Shown here in pieces: positions 28,366-36,957 of a stretch of DNA of 64,000 bases. The notes beneath the pieces are model-generated. The model was not told where the DNA came from. It saw only the letters and a program-made list of their open reading frames with translations, and made no database searches. Source of the DNA: a virus; the IMG/VR virus record IMGVR_UViG_3300042892_003815, positions 1-64,000 of that record; one strand, given 5' to 3'. A program made the translations under genes and the position numbers. Each line of letters begins with the position of its first letter. Within the stretch, counting starts at the first letter, position 1.

Positions 28366-29697
28366 ATGAGTAAATTAGTTACCTTAAATGGTATAAATGA
28401 TGAAGAATTATTAAATTCTTTATTTAGTAATGAAATATCTATTATAGAAGATATACAAGGAAGTAAAATTTGGGTTAATTGGAATGGTAAAGAATTTACA
28501 ATTAAAACTAAGAGTATTTCGAGTGAGCCAATCAATCTTATAGATTTAGCAATGCAGAATTATTATAATCCTGCAATAAATTATTTTAATTCTTTAGACA
28601 GTCGAGTAAAATCTTTGTTAAATAGAAAATGGTGGTTTTGTTTTGAATATTTTCCAGACGAACAACCTGCTAACATAGAGTATAGTAGAGTTCCTAAAAA
28701 CAAATTAGTTTTAACTGCGATAAATAAAGCAGGTAAGTATGAATTTGTTTTAGAAGAATTAAATGAATATGCAAGACTTTTTGATGTTGAGATTATACCA
28801 GTTGTTTTTCAAGGAAAACTAACTGATAAGATGATTGAGGCAATTAAATATTTTTTAAATACTAGTGAAGAGGATTTAGATTATATTTTTGGTGAAAAGT
28901 CATTTACATTTTTCTTTTATAAGATATTAAATCCACTTTCAGAAGGTTCATTTTTAATGGATGATGATTTTCAAAAAAATATTGAAAAGTTGATTATTAG
29001 AAATAACTCAGATGATATGTCATTTGAGTTACTAAATCCTTTATATACTAGACTAGGTGAGAATAATGATACGGAATTTGTGGAAATATATACACTTATA
29101 CTAATCAATTTCTTAAATTTTTGTCAATCCGTTGATTTAAAAGATATAAAACTAAAGGGTTCTACAAAAGATGAGATTTATATCTATCTAATATGTAAAC
29201 TTTATAATATCTATATTAGTGAAGTAAAACAGGATTTATTAGATTTTGATTTTGTAGTACCAGAATTTTTTGATAAAGATAAGTTTAAGATAAATACAGA
29301 ACTTATTTTAAATAAGATGACTAAAGAATATTTATCAGAATCTGAGAAACTTGAATATATCTTCAAAGTTATTCTTGGTTCATTCAGTAAGAAAAGAAAG
29401 AAAGCGATTGGTATATTTACTGATAATACAGTAAAACTATTCAATAAATTTATAGATGATATTGAAGATCATATTGGAACTTACTTACAAAGAATTAGTG
29501 AGATAGAATTGACAAGAGCTGGATTATTAGATTTTGGAGATTTCTTTGATATTCAATATGATGTTGATGGAGAAGGAGAAGTTTATCCAGATGTTTACTC
29601 TGAATTTGAAAAAGGAGTATCAAATGATAAAAAGAAAAAAGGTAAAGGTGGTAAAATGCCAATAGAGCCAATAAATACAACAAAAAAACCCATATAA
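28366..29697 (+). CDS. RNA-ligase (Rnl2)-fold protein, catalytic lysine apparently lost
   Basis: EDIQGS (motif I position), FCFEYF (III), IIPVVFQG (IIIa), EKLIIR (IV), FELLNP (V). Confidence 0.5.
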   Translation: MSKLVTLNGINDEELLNSLFSNEISIIEDIQGSKIWVNWNGKEFTIKTKSISSEPINLIDLAMQNYYNPAINYFNSLDSRVKSLLNRKWWFCFEYFPDEQPANIEYSRVPKNKLVLTAINKAGKYEFVLEELNEYARLFDVEIIPVVFQGKLTDKMIEAIKYFLNTSEEDLDYIFGEKSFTFFFYKILNPLSEGSFLMDDDFQKNIEKLIIRNNSDDMSFELLNPLYTRLGENNDTEFVEIYTLILINFLNFCQSVDLKDIKLKGSTKDEIYIYLICKLYNIYISEVKQDLLDFDFVVPEFFDKDKFKINTELILNKMTKEYLSESEKLEYIFKVILGSFSKKRKKAIGIFTDNTVKLFNKFIDDIEDHIGTYLQRISEIELTRAGLLDFGDFFDIQYDVDGEGEVYPDVYSEFEKGVSNDKKKKGKGGKMPIEPINTTKKPI

Positions 29698-29709
29698 AAA
29701 TGGGTTTTT
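29683..29709. terminator. terminator hairpin
   Basis: AAAAAAACCCAT-ATAAAA-ATGGGTTTTT. Confidence 0.7.
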
Positions 29710-29722
29710 CTAATATAGAAAT

Positions 29723-29932
29723 ATGAAAGAAATAAACTTAGAAATAAAGTCTGTTAGTGTAGAAGCAAAATCAAGAAAAATTAAATGTGAATATTCCAGA
29801 GAGTTAGTAACGGATCTAAATTCTTTTCACAATATTGATGTAGAGTCTGAATTAGAGAGATTATTGGGTAGTGAGATTAGAAAACAAAATAGAAAGAAAA
29901 AAATTGAAAATTTAACGAAACATACTGCTTAA
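29723..29932 (+). CDS. 69-aa stand-alone fragment resembling gp23-type capsid protein spine region
   Basis: VEAKSRKIKCEYSRELVTDLNSFHNIDVESELERLLGSEI matches the gp23 EAKSR-x-LKA-x-YS-x-ELAQDL-x-x-x-H-x-x-D-x-x-x-EL-x-x-IL-x-x-EI motif as recalled. Confidence 0.7.
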   Translation: MKEINLEIKSVSVEAKSRKIKCEYSRELVTDLNSFHNIDVESELERLLGSEIRKQNRKKKIENLTKHTA

Positions 29933-29948
29933 TTTTGATATAAAAACT

Positions 29949-31181
29949 ATGTATATTGAAAATGTAATAATCACTAAAGAAAGCTCTGAAAGCGTATCAA
30001 AACGCCTAGATGATAAATTATTTTCCCTTCAATTTTTACCAGAATGTTTATATGGAATATCAACTATAAAAACATTAGAATTTAATGGAGTTAAACTTAA
30101 AACAAACTATCTAATTGATATAGTACATAATTTAATATTAAAGTATTATTTTAAAAAAGAAAATCGATTCGCATTAAATGCCACTATTCTAAAAGATAAG
30201 TATGGCTATCTTTATAACTATTATATAAACTACTTGGTATCAAATCGTATTTTAATACTTAAAACAAACTATCAGAATGGAGTTACATCAAGAATATATG
30301 CATTAGATGAAAATATATTTACAGATAAAATAAAAAGATATAAAAATCTTGATAAAGTACTTTTAAAAAAGTATAAAAATAAATTTGTTGATATGATCCA
30401 TATCAATAATACTTCTAAAGTAAGTTTAATTGAACCTACTATAAAGGAAAAACTAGTATCTGATTTATTTAGTGTTAAAATTGAATATGATAGAGCAATT
30501 TTCTTCTTGGATTCCTTAAAACATCAAGATATAGACATTTACAATAGAAACATATACTCTGTTGATTGTATCAATGATAAACACATCTTCTACCACTTCG
30601 ATGATTATGGTAGAATGCATACAAACTATACAATACTTAAATCATTTATTAGAAAAAACTGTTTACTTATAGATGGTGAGGAAACTTGTGAGATTGATAT
30701 ACCAAATAGTCAACCACTTTTCCTAACTAAAATAATTGATATGGATTCCAGTTTAGTTGATGAAAAAGAATTTCAATTATTCAAAGAACTTACTACATCT
30801 GGAACATACTATCAATATGTTATGAGTCAATTAGGTGAGGATAATAAGAAAAAAGTTAAAGAGATGACATATAAAGTTCTTTTTGGTAGAAATATTACAT
30901 CAAGTAGGGTAGATAAGAATTTTAAAAAGTTATTCCCAACAATTCATCAGTTTATTAGAAATTATAAAAAGGAACATGGTGATTATAAAATTCTTGCTTA
31001 TGATTTACAAAAAGCAGAATCAGATTTAATTTTCAATACTGTTATAAAGAAAGTAATGCAATTTTATCCAGAAATAAAGCTAATAACAATACATGATAGT
31101 ATCGTTGTGCCTAGAAAATATAAAGAGGAAGTAAATCAAATTTTCGAAATAGAACTCAAAAAAGAGTTTAACATAAACTAA
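29949..31181 (+). CDS. family-A polymerase palm-like protein with N-terminal winged-helix-like region
   Basis: GRMHT, EIDIPNSQP (motif A), KEMTYKVLFG (motif B), LQKAES, TIHDSI (motif C). Confidence 0.65.
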   Translation: MYIENVIITKESSESVSKRLDDKLFSLQFLPECLYGISTIKTLEFNGVKLKTNYLIDIVHNLILKYYFKKENRFALNATILKDKYGYLYNYYINYLVSNRILILKTNYQNGVTSRIYALDENIFTDKIKRYKNLDKVLLKKYKNKFVDMIHINNTSKVSLIEPTIKEKLVSDLFSVKIEYDRAIFFLDSLKHQDIDIYNRNIYSVDCINDKHIFYHFDDYGRMHTNYTILKSFIRKNCLLIDGEETCEIDIPNSQPLFLTKIIDMDSSLVDEKEFQLFKELTTSGTYYQYVMSQLGEDNKKKVKEMTYKVLFGRNITSSRVDKNFKKLFPTIHQFIRNYKKEHGDYKILAYDLQKAESDLIFNTVIKKVMQFYPEIKLITIHDSIVVPRKYKEEVNQIFEIELKKEFNIN

Positions 31182-31197
31182 AAATAATATATAAGAA

Positions 31198-31356
31198 ATG
31201 AAAACATTTTATTTAAGAACAAAGAAATCAAAAGAGGTTTTAATAAAAACATCTTGTTATAGCATTGAAGAAGCAATTGAATACTTTTCAAAAGTTAAAC
31301 AATTACCAAAAAAAGATTTAGTAAGTATATTCATGATTACTGAGTCAGAAAAATAA
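31198..31356 (+). CDS. 52-aa small protein (not in ORF track)
   Basis: MKTFYLRTKKSKEVLIKTSCYSIEEAIEYFSKVKQLPKKDLVSIFMITESEK; TAATATATAA 3 nt upstream. Confidence 0.6.
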   Translation: MKTFYLRTKKSKEVLIKTSCYSIEEAIEYFSKVKQLPKKDLVSIFMITESEK

Positions 31357-31366
31357 TATATACTTT

Positions 31367-31906
31367 GTGAACTTAGAAAACCCAAATATATCTTATCTTA
31401 TATTATCATCTGATGGATTGGATGATATGACATCTGTTCTTTATGCTAAGGATTATCAGATACTTCCTTTACAAACATATTATAAAGAAGAGTTTGATAA
31501 TTCTGCTATGGGTTATAGTGATGTCGATAATGATACATTAAGAAAAGATGTTATATTCTTATTAAATCACTTTCACCAAGAATCTGCAATTATTAAATAT
31601 AAAGGTGAGAAAACGCCAAGAAGAATTTACCGAACAGGTGCTGAGAAACTATTAGAAATCAATATGTTTAATACTGATTCTGAAAATGTTTCATATTTGT
31701 ATAGAGGACTTTCTTTTTCATTCGTTGAATCAAAAAGATATTGGATTCCTAAATCTAAAGAAGATTTTAAAGTGGGTATGATAGTTGAATATTTAAACAA
31801 TAATCAGTGGTCTGAAAAAGTTGTTGAAAATCCTAATGATGAATGGGAGCGAATGTATAAACTACTTTTAAAATATGATAAAGTTAGAGTACAATCTATA
31901 AATTAA
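31367..31906 (+). CDS. hypothetical protein (GTG start)
   Basis: 179-aa ORF; TAATATATAC 3 nt upstream; ends at terminator. Confidence 0.7.
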   Translation: MNLENPNISYLILSSDGLDDMTSVLYAKDYQILPLQTYYKEEFDNSAMGYSDVDNDTLRKDVIFLLNHFHQESAIIKYKGEKTPRRIYRTGAEKLLEINMFNTDSENVSYLYRGLSFSFVESKRYWIPKSKEDFKVGMIVEYLNNNQWSEKVVENPNDEWERMYKLLLKYDKVRVQSIN

Positions 31907-31931
31907 AAAACCTCTCAATTGAGAGGTTTTT
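31905..31931. terminator. bidirectional terminator
   Basis: AAAAAACCTCTC-AATT-GAGAGGTTTTT. Confidence 0.85.
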
Positions 31932-31932
31932 C

Positions 31933-32709
31933 TTATTTTATATGAAACCACATAATTCTATTTTTTAGACTCGGTGTTTCTTTCATAAAGTATTTATCTT
32001 CATTAAGTGATTTTATTACAAATAGTCCATCTTCACTACCGCCATTTATATCCGCTCTTAAAATAATAAATTTATCTTTTGAGATCACTTTAGATTCGAT
32101 TAAAGTATAATTTGCAACATTTACAAGTTGTTTATCTCCATAGAAATATTTTGATATAGTTTCTGGATGAACAATTAAAGTAGTTCCTGGACCACGTCTA
32201 TTTGTCGTCGCAATATAGTTGCCACAGCTAACTAATTTGGATATAATTCTTCTTTGATTGTACTCATAGTTCTCTTTATCTGTTTTACTAGTATCATTAG
32301 TTAAAGTTAAATCAAATGAAGACATTCCATTATTTAAAACTGGCTGTCCTTGTGTAAAGTTTTCCATATAGTTTATTAGATCTGTATGTAAGTCTTCGTA
32401 TGATGTAAAGTGTGTTGCTTGTATACTCATAGAAAATATCTTTAGACCCATAGTTGGTATTGTACTTTCATCAATTTTTGGTAAATCAACTCTTTTATTC
32501 CAAGCAGATTCCTCTTTTTCACCAGTCATAATATCAATTGCGAGTTCACGATTTTGTGATTTTGCTTTTAATTGATCTTCAAGTGTATTTTCTTCTACAT
32601 AATCTAGGTAAGAAATTTGTGCATTATTACCACTATGTTGTTTTTCAGAGAAATTACATAAGTACGTTATCTCTTTTTTTATTTCATCTTCGGTTTTAAA
32701 ATGTATCAT
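31933..32709 (-). CDS. protein containing a fragment of the major capsid fold
   Basis: QRRIISKLVSCGNYIATTNRRGPGTTLI aligns with in-window capsid QRKLITKIAHASNYIATEGRVGPAQYLI. Confidence 0.65.
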   Translation of the reverse strand: MIHFKTEDEIKKEITYLCNFSEKQHSGNNAQISYLDYVEENTLEDQLKAKSQNRELAIDIMTGEKEESAWNKRVDLPKIDESTIPTMGLKIFSMSIQATHFTSYEDLHTDLINYMENFTQGQPVLNNGMSSFDLTLTNDTSKTDKENYEYNQRRIISKLVSCGNYIATTNRRGPGTTLIVHPETISKYFYGDKQLVNVANYTLIESKVISKDKFIILRADINGGSEDGLFVIKSLNEDKYFMKETPSLKNRIMWFHIK

Positions 32710-33424
32710 AGAAATTACTCATACCAATTTTTTGTGAACTCATATTTATAGATCTAACTAAATCTTCTTTGGATATTGTAGTCATTTGTTGAAGAATTTT
32801 TTCATTTACTGGATTACTTTCAATTTTATTATGAAAGAAATGATATGCACTTATTGGTAATTCATTACTTGTTAAAAAGTTTTTAACTTTATGTGATAAA
32901 AACTCCTCCGCACCACCTAATCCAATAAATGATTCATTCCAACCACCTATTTTCTGTATGGCGGATTTTCTAAAAATAGAAATTCCACTACACAAAGAAG
33001 TTGTTTTACCAGGTCTATTAATTCTTAATATGTCTTCATATTGAGTATTTCCCTCATTAGGATAAAGATCAATAATAGAATTATGTGGACTAACCATTTC
33101 ATATTTATCAAGTAATTGAATCGCTTCAATAAGTTTGTTTGGGTCTATTATAATGTCAGCATCACCAAATATTGCAATATTTGTATTTGAAGATTTTAAT
33201 CCAACATTATAACCCCAAGATTTGTTATATGGTTTATCAGTTTTGATAAAGATATGTTTGCATTTTAAAGATAGGTGTGATATTTTAGAGTGTTTATCTT
33301 GTTCGACAAGAATAACTTCTACGTTTGCAAACCCATTTATCCAATCTAGAACTCGTCTAAGATTATTTAGTCTATCTGGGCTGTGTCTATATCCAATTAT
33401 ATAGGTAAAAGAATGTGTATTCAT
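32696..33424 (-). CDS. GT-A fold glycosyltransferase (GT2/GT7-like)
   Basis: YNKSWGYNVG, FGDAD (DxD), GGWNESFIGLGG. Confidence 0.75.
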   Translation of the reverse strand: MNTHSFTYIIGYRHSPDRLNNLRRVLDWINGFANVEVILVEQDKHSKISHLSLKCKHIFIKTDKPYNKSWGYNVGLKSSNTNIAIFGDADIIIDPNKLIEAIQLLDKYEMVSPHNSIIDLYPNEGNTQYEDILRINRPGKTTSLCSGISIFRKSAIQKIGGWNESFIGLGGAEEFLSHKVKNFLTSNELPISAYHFFHNKIESNPVNEKILQQMTTISKEDLVRSINMSSQKIGMSNFYDTF

Positions 33425-33465
33425 TACTAATTTATTATTTTTCTAATTATATTGTATTTTATCAA

Positions 33466-33618
33466 TTAGTTTAGTGGGTTTATATAACCATTTTGTTGTG
33501 TTATAAGTAGCATTTGAGTAGTTGATAGTTGATTGTGGTTCCAACCCATTTTTTTACAATATTCTACTAAAAATTTTTCTCTTAAAAAAGAAATTTCTTG
33601 TTTTGTTTTAGTTTTCAT
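33466..33618 (-). CDS. 50-aa small protein (not in ORF track)
   Basis: MKTKTKQEISFLREKFLVEYCKKMGWNHNQLSTTQMLLITQQNGYINPLN; late box at 33636-33645. Confidence 0.55.
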   Translation of the reverse strand: MKTKTKQEISFLREKFLVEYCKKMGWNHNQLSTTQMLLITQQNGYINPLN

Positions 33619-33628
33619 AACTTTGATT

Positions 33629-33658
33629 TTTGTTTTATATATAATTTTACTATCTTTG
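33629..33658 (+). promoter_or_regulatory. Bacteroidota sigma-A type (early) promoter
   Basis: TTTG-N18-TATCTTTG, 4 nt before the ATG of the 2H gene. Confidence 0.7.
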
Positions 33659-33662
33659 TCGT

Positions 33663-34244
33663 ATGGTATTTAAAGTAAGAGGTATATTAGATTTCAGTCC
33701 AGAGGACAAAACTAAGAAGCATGTTAGTCAAGCTTCTTGGAAGAGAGTTGCTATGATCCGTACTAATTGTGAATTGGATAGATATTATGCTTGGTTTTTA
33801 AAGAAAAGATTTAGTCTTGAATTAAATAGTACCTTGAGAGGAACTCACGTTACTTTTATCAATGATAAAATGGATACTAAAACATTTGAACAGTTTGCAC
33901 AAATCTTTAATGGTAAAGAAATAGACTTTTATGTTGAAACTGAGCCAAGAAGTAATGGTGAGCACTGGTGGTTAAGAGTTCACTGCCCAGAAGCAGAAAG
34001 TATTAGAGAAGTTATGGGTTTATCAAGAGAACCATTCTACGGAATGCACCTAACATTAGGATATGCTCTAGTTAAATATCCAGAGGCTACTGCACTAAAT
34101 GATAGTCCACTTGCAATTAAAGTAAGAAAAGATTATATAGAACATTCTAAGTATATTTTAGAGTGTTGTAAAAGAAACGAATTGATTTCTAATGAACCAA
34201 GAAAACCATTAAGTGAATTAAAAGTAGTAGAATGGAAGAAATAG
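33663..34244 (+). CDS. 2H phosphoesterase superfamily protein
   Basis: Two H-x-T motifs, GTHVTFI and GMHLTLG, about 65 aa apart. Confidence 0.75.
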   Translation: MVFKVRGILDFSPEDKTKKHVSQASWKRVAMIRTNCELDRYYAWFLKKRFSLELNSTLRGTHVTFINDKMDTKTFEQFAQIFNGKEIDFYVETEPRSNGEHWWLRVHCPEAESIREVMGLSREPFYGMHLTLGYALVKYPEATALNDSPLAIKVRKDYIEHSKYILECCKRNELISNEPRKPLSELKVVEWKK

Positions 34245-34693
34245 TAAATTATATTGAAAATGCATATGAGTTTGAAATTGTACCTTGTTCAATTCCTGCT
34301 AGTGATTTTCAATACATAAAAAGAAACTTTTATATTTGGATAATGAATAGTGTGAGTAAAAAACTATTCTACTTTTTAAGAGATAAAGTTTCACCTATAA
34401 AGTTTTTAGAAGAAAGACCTGATGGTACTATTTGGTTGAGAAAAAGAATGTCTGATAATAAGTTATGTGAAATTGAAGTTAAGACAATTTATCTATATGA
34501 CCATAGTAATGAGTATTTAATATCATTACATACTAAAGATGAATTATATCATCAGTGGAATTTACAAATTGATAAATTAAATACATCTTTGATTGATAAG
34601 TATATTTATCAAGTTCCAGAATTAAAAGAGTTTAATAGAAATAAAAAACTTGAAAATATATTAAATAGTCACGAGATAATAGAGTTTAAATAA
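34232..34693 (+). CDS. hypothetical protein with C-terminal RNKKLENIL motif
   Basis: 153-aa ORF overlapping the 2H gene end. Confidence 0.65.
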   Translation: MEEIVNYIENAYEFEIVPCSIPASDFQYIKRNFYIWIMNSVSKKLFYFLRDKVSPIKFLEERPDGTIWLRKRMSDNKLCEIEVKTIYLYDHSNEYLISLHTKDELYHQWNLQIDKLNTSLIDKYIYQVPELKEFNRNKKLENILNSHEIIEFK

Positions 34694-34718
34694 AAAAGAG
34701 GACTTAGTCCTCTTTTTT
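34692..34718. terminator. bidirectional terminator
   Basis: AAAAAAGAGGAC-TTA-GTCCTCTTTTTT. Confidence 0.85.
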
Positions 34719-35694
34719 ATGTTCTTGATTGATACCACATTTGTTTTGGTTCTTCTTTAGGTTCTTCCAATTGTTTTGGTTCTTCTTTAGGTTCTTCCTT
34801 TTTAGTAACTTCTCTTGGTATATCTGCAATATTATAACGAAACCATTTATTATTTGGATTTCTAAGATCTGCAGAACCTCTAAGTGTTTCAACATCATCA
34901 TACAAATGATTTACTTTTATACCATATTTTAATGCGTGTATACATCTTTGAAAGTTTCTAGGATCACCTAATAGTGAAAATATCTTCCAAATTTCTCCTT
35001 CAATTTGATCATCTATTAGACTTGGTAGTAATTTCTTAAACCTAAATGCACTATTTCTATCTGAGAATATACCATAATGATACATATTTACTGCTTCTCT
35101 ACCACCCATCCACATAGGTTTTGGATTAGATTGTGGTATTGACAGACTAATTGCCAAATCGGCAGTATCATCATAAAGTTCTTGTAGTGTGTATTGTTTT
35201 GGTGCATCTTCTTCATCCCATTCATCTGGATTATTCCAGCTTTCTAATCCATCATCCCAGTTAGACATATTTATTTTAAACGAAAATAAAGGAACATCCC
35301 ATCCTGGTAAAGAATTACCCATTTTTGATTTTGTTTCTTCTAATGGATCAAAATAAAATTGTATCGTGAAGTATAATTCTCTTTGTGCATCAGTCCAAAG
35401 ATCAAGCATTTCTTCTACTGATATATCTTCATATCTTGTATTGATATCATTTAATCCAGGTGTTTCTTTTCTATTTAAAATAAATTTTGCCTTAGGTTTT
35501 GTAAATTTAACCTTTCTAGATATATCACCATAGTTTTTAACGAGTTCTATATTATAAACACCCCATTCTTTTTCGGAACCATAATCTTTTAACTTTCTAC
35601 CTTTCTCTACTTTATGAGGCATATTCATAAATCTTTGTCCAGCATCTCTATAGATTCTCGGTGTTAGTTCTTCATAAGTTTTAATCCATTTCAT
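34717..35694 (-). CDS. capsid-targeting-motif protein with C-terminal EEPK repeats
   Basis: Starts MKWIKTYEEL; TAATATATAG 3 nt upstream. Confidence 0.7.
   Translation of the reverse strand: MKWIKTYEELTPRIYRDAGQRFMNMPHKVEKGRKLKDYGSEKEWGVYNIELVKNYGDISRKVKFTKPKAKFILNRKETPGLNDINTRYEDISVEEMLDLWTDAQRELYFTIQFYFDPLEETKSKMGNSLPGWDVPLFSFKINMSNWDDGLESWNNPDEWDEEDAPKQYTLQELYDDTADLAISLSIPQSNPKPMWMGGREAVNMYHYGIFSDRNSAFRFKKLLPSLIDDQIEGEIWKIFSLLGDPRNFQRCIHALKYGIKVNHLYDDVETLRGSADLRNPNNKWFRYNIADIPREVTKKEEPKEEPKQLEEPKEEPKQMWYQSRT
34741..34798. repeat. 30-bp tandem duplication encoding EEPKEEPKQ
   Basis: TTGTTTTGGTTCTTCTTTAGGTTCTTCC at 34741 and 34771. Confidence 0.9.
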
Positions 35695-35745
35695 AAACTA
35701 TATATTATTTTTTAAACTCACATTTATATTCATCATATAATAAAT

Positions 35746-35895
35746 ATGAGAGAACTAACATTACAAGAAAGAGTACAACTATTTTGTACCAAGTATAAAA
35801 AACATATCTCTTATGGTATCGACTTGACACATGAGGACTTGGACAAACATGATATTGCTAGAAATATTGAAACTAATTTGAAAAAAGATATATAA
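35746..35895 (+). CDS. 49-aa small protein (not in ORF track)
   Basis: MRELTLQERVQLFCTKYKKHISYGIDLTHEDLDKHDIARNIETNLKKDI; AAAC-N18-TATAAT ends 4 nt upstream. Confidence 0.5.
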   Translation: MRELTLQERVQLFCTKYKKHISYGIDLTHEDLDKHDIARNIETNLKKDI

Positions 35896-35917
35896 CTAGA
35901 AAATAACAGATTATTAA

Positions 35918-36415
35918 ATGAGTGATATTACAACAATTGGTTACTTAGAAGATTTAGTTGAACAAGTTAAAAACTTGGATACTGCTGAGTTATCTGATAA
36001 ATTAAGTAAAGAAGAACAAGAGATAAAACAAGTAGTTGAAGAACAGAAAGTTTATTTTTGGATAAGGCTTTATTTGAAAGAAGAAGACTCTAACTTAGAG
36101 ATAGGGGATGATATTTCCATCAAATGGACACCAACTGGTGAAGAGTTAAAAATAAAGTTTATTTGTTTTGGTAAAACTGGATTACAGAAAGATTATGATG
36201 AAGAAATAGTGAATTATAATTCGGAAGATGATAAAAAAGTTCTTTGTCTAATGGTTGATGAGGGTCAAGTAAATTATAATGAAGATATTCCTTTTGTTAG
36301 AACTTTATTCAAAGTGGGTCGTCATTTTGAATATCAATTAGTTAAAAGATCTGAATTACTATTTGTCAATGATAGAAATGGTATGATTTTGGATTACTTT
36401 GATTGTGATTTTTAA
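35918..36415 (+). CDS. hypothetical protein
   Basis: 165-aa ORF. Confidence 0.7.
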   Translation: MSDITTIGYLEDLVEQVKNLDTAELSDKLSKEEQEIKQVVEEQKVYFWIRLYLKEEDSNLEIGDDISIKWTPTGEELKIKFICFGKTGLQKDYDEEIVNYNSEDDKKVLCLMVDEGQVNYNEDIPFVRTLFKVGRHFEYQLVKRSELLFVNDRNGMILDYFDCDF

Positions 36416-36418
36416 TTT

Positions 36419-36928
36419 ATGGATACAGACTCAATAGAATATTTATTATTATCTTACTTTAATGAAGTAATTTGGGTGGATAAAAATCCAGTCGAGTTTA
36501 CTATTAGTGAAACATTTAAAGAAAATGGAAATATAAAAACCTCAAATAAAGTAGAGGTTTATCAACTACAAGATTTGTTAGTAACTTCTTTAGAAGATAC
36601 TAACACTTTTTTATTTGAAATAATGTCTGATTGTCAGACAATAGAATTAGATTTTTATCCTAAAAATATATTATCTAAGTTATTCAATTTAAGGTCAAAT
36701 AAACAACTTAAAAAAGAATTAGATGGTCTTACATCAAATAACTGGATAATTACTTCTAATGAGATATACGATACTTATATCAAAGATTTAGGATATAATG
36801 TTTACTTATCAGACGAGTTTGAAAATCAAATTGTAATTGGTGAAAAATCATCTAAATTGATATTAAATAAAAATCTAAAAGAATTCTATTTAGATAAGTC
36901 TATGATTAAAGTAATAAAGTTAAAATAA
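36419..36928 (+). CDS. hypothetical protein, possible degenerate capsid A-domain fragment
   Basis: NNWIITSNEI...GYNVYLSDEFENQIVIGEK vs capsid AQYLITNGGL...GDISIYVDPYMRYNDNRIVLGRK. Confidence 0.55.
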   Translation: MDTDSIEYLLLSYFNEVIWVDKNPVEFTISETFKENGNIKTSNKVEVYQLQDLLVTSLEDTNTFLFEIMSDCQTIELDFYPKNILSKLFNLRSNKQLKKELDGLTSNNWIITSNEIYDTYIKDLGYNVYLSDEFENQIVIGEKSSKLILNKNLKEFYLDKSMIKVIKLK

Positions 36929-36957
36929 AAAAGTCGAGATAATTCTCGACTTTTTTA
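36926..36957. terminator. bidirectional terminator
   Basis: AAAAAGTCGAGA-TAAT-TCTCGACTTTTTT. Confidence 0.85.
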
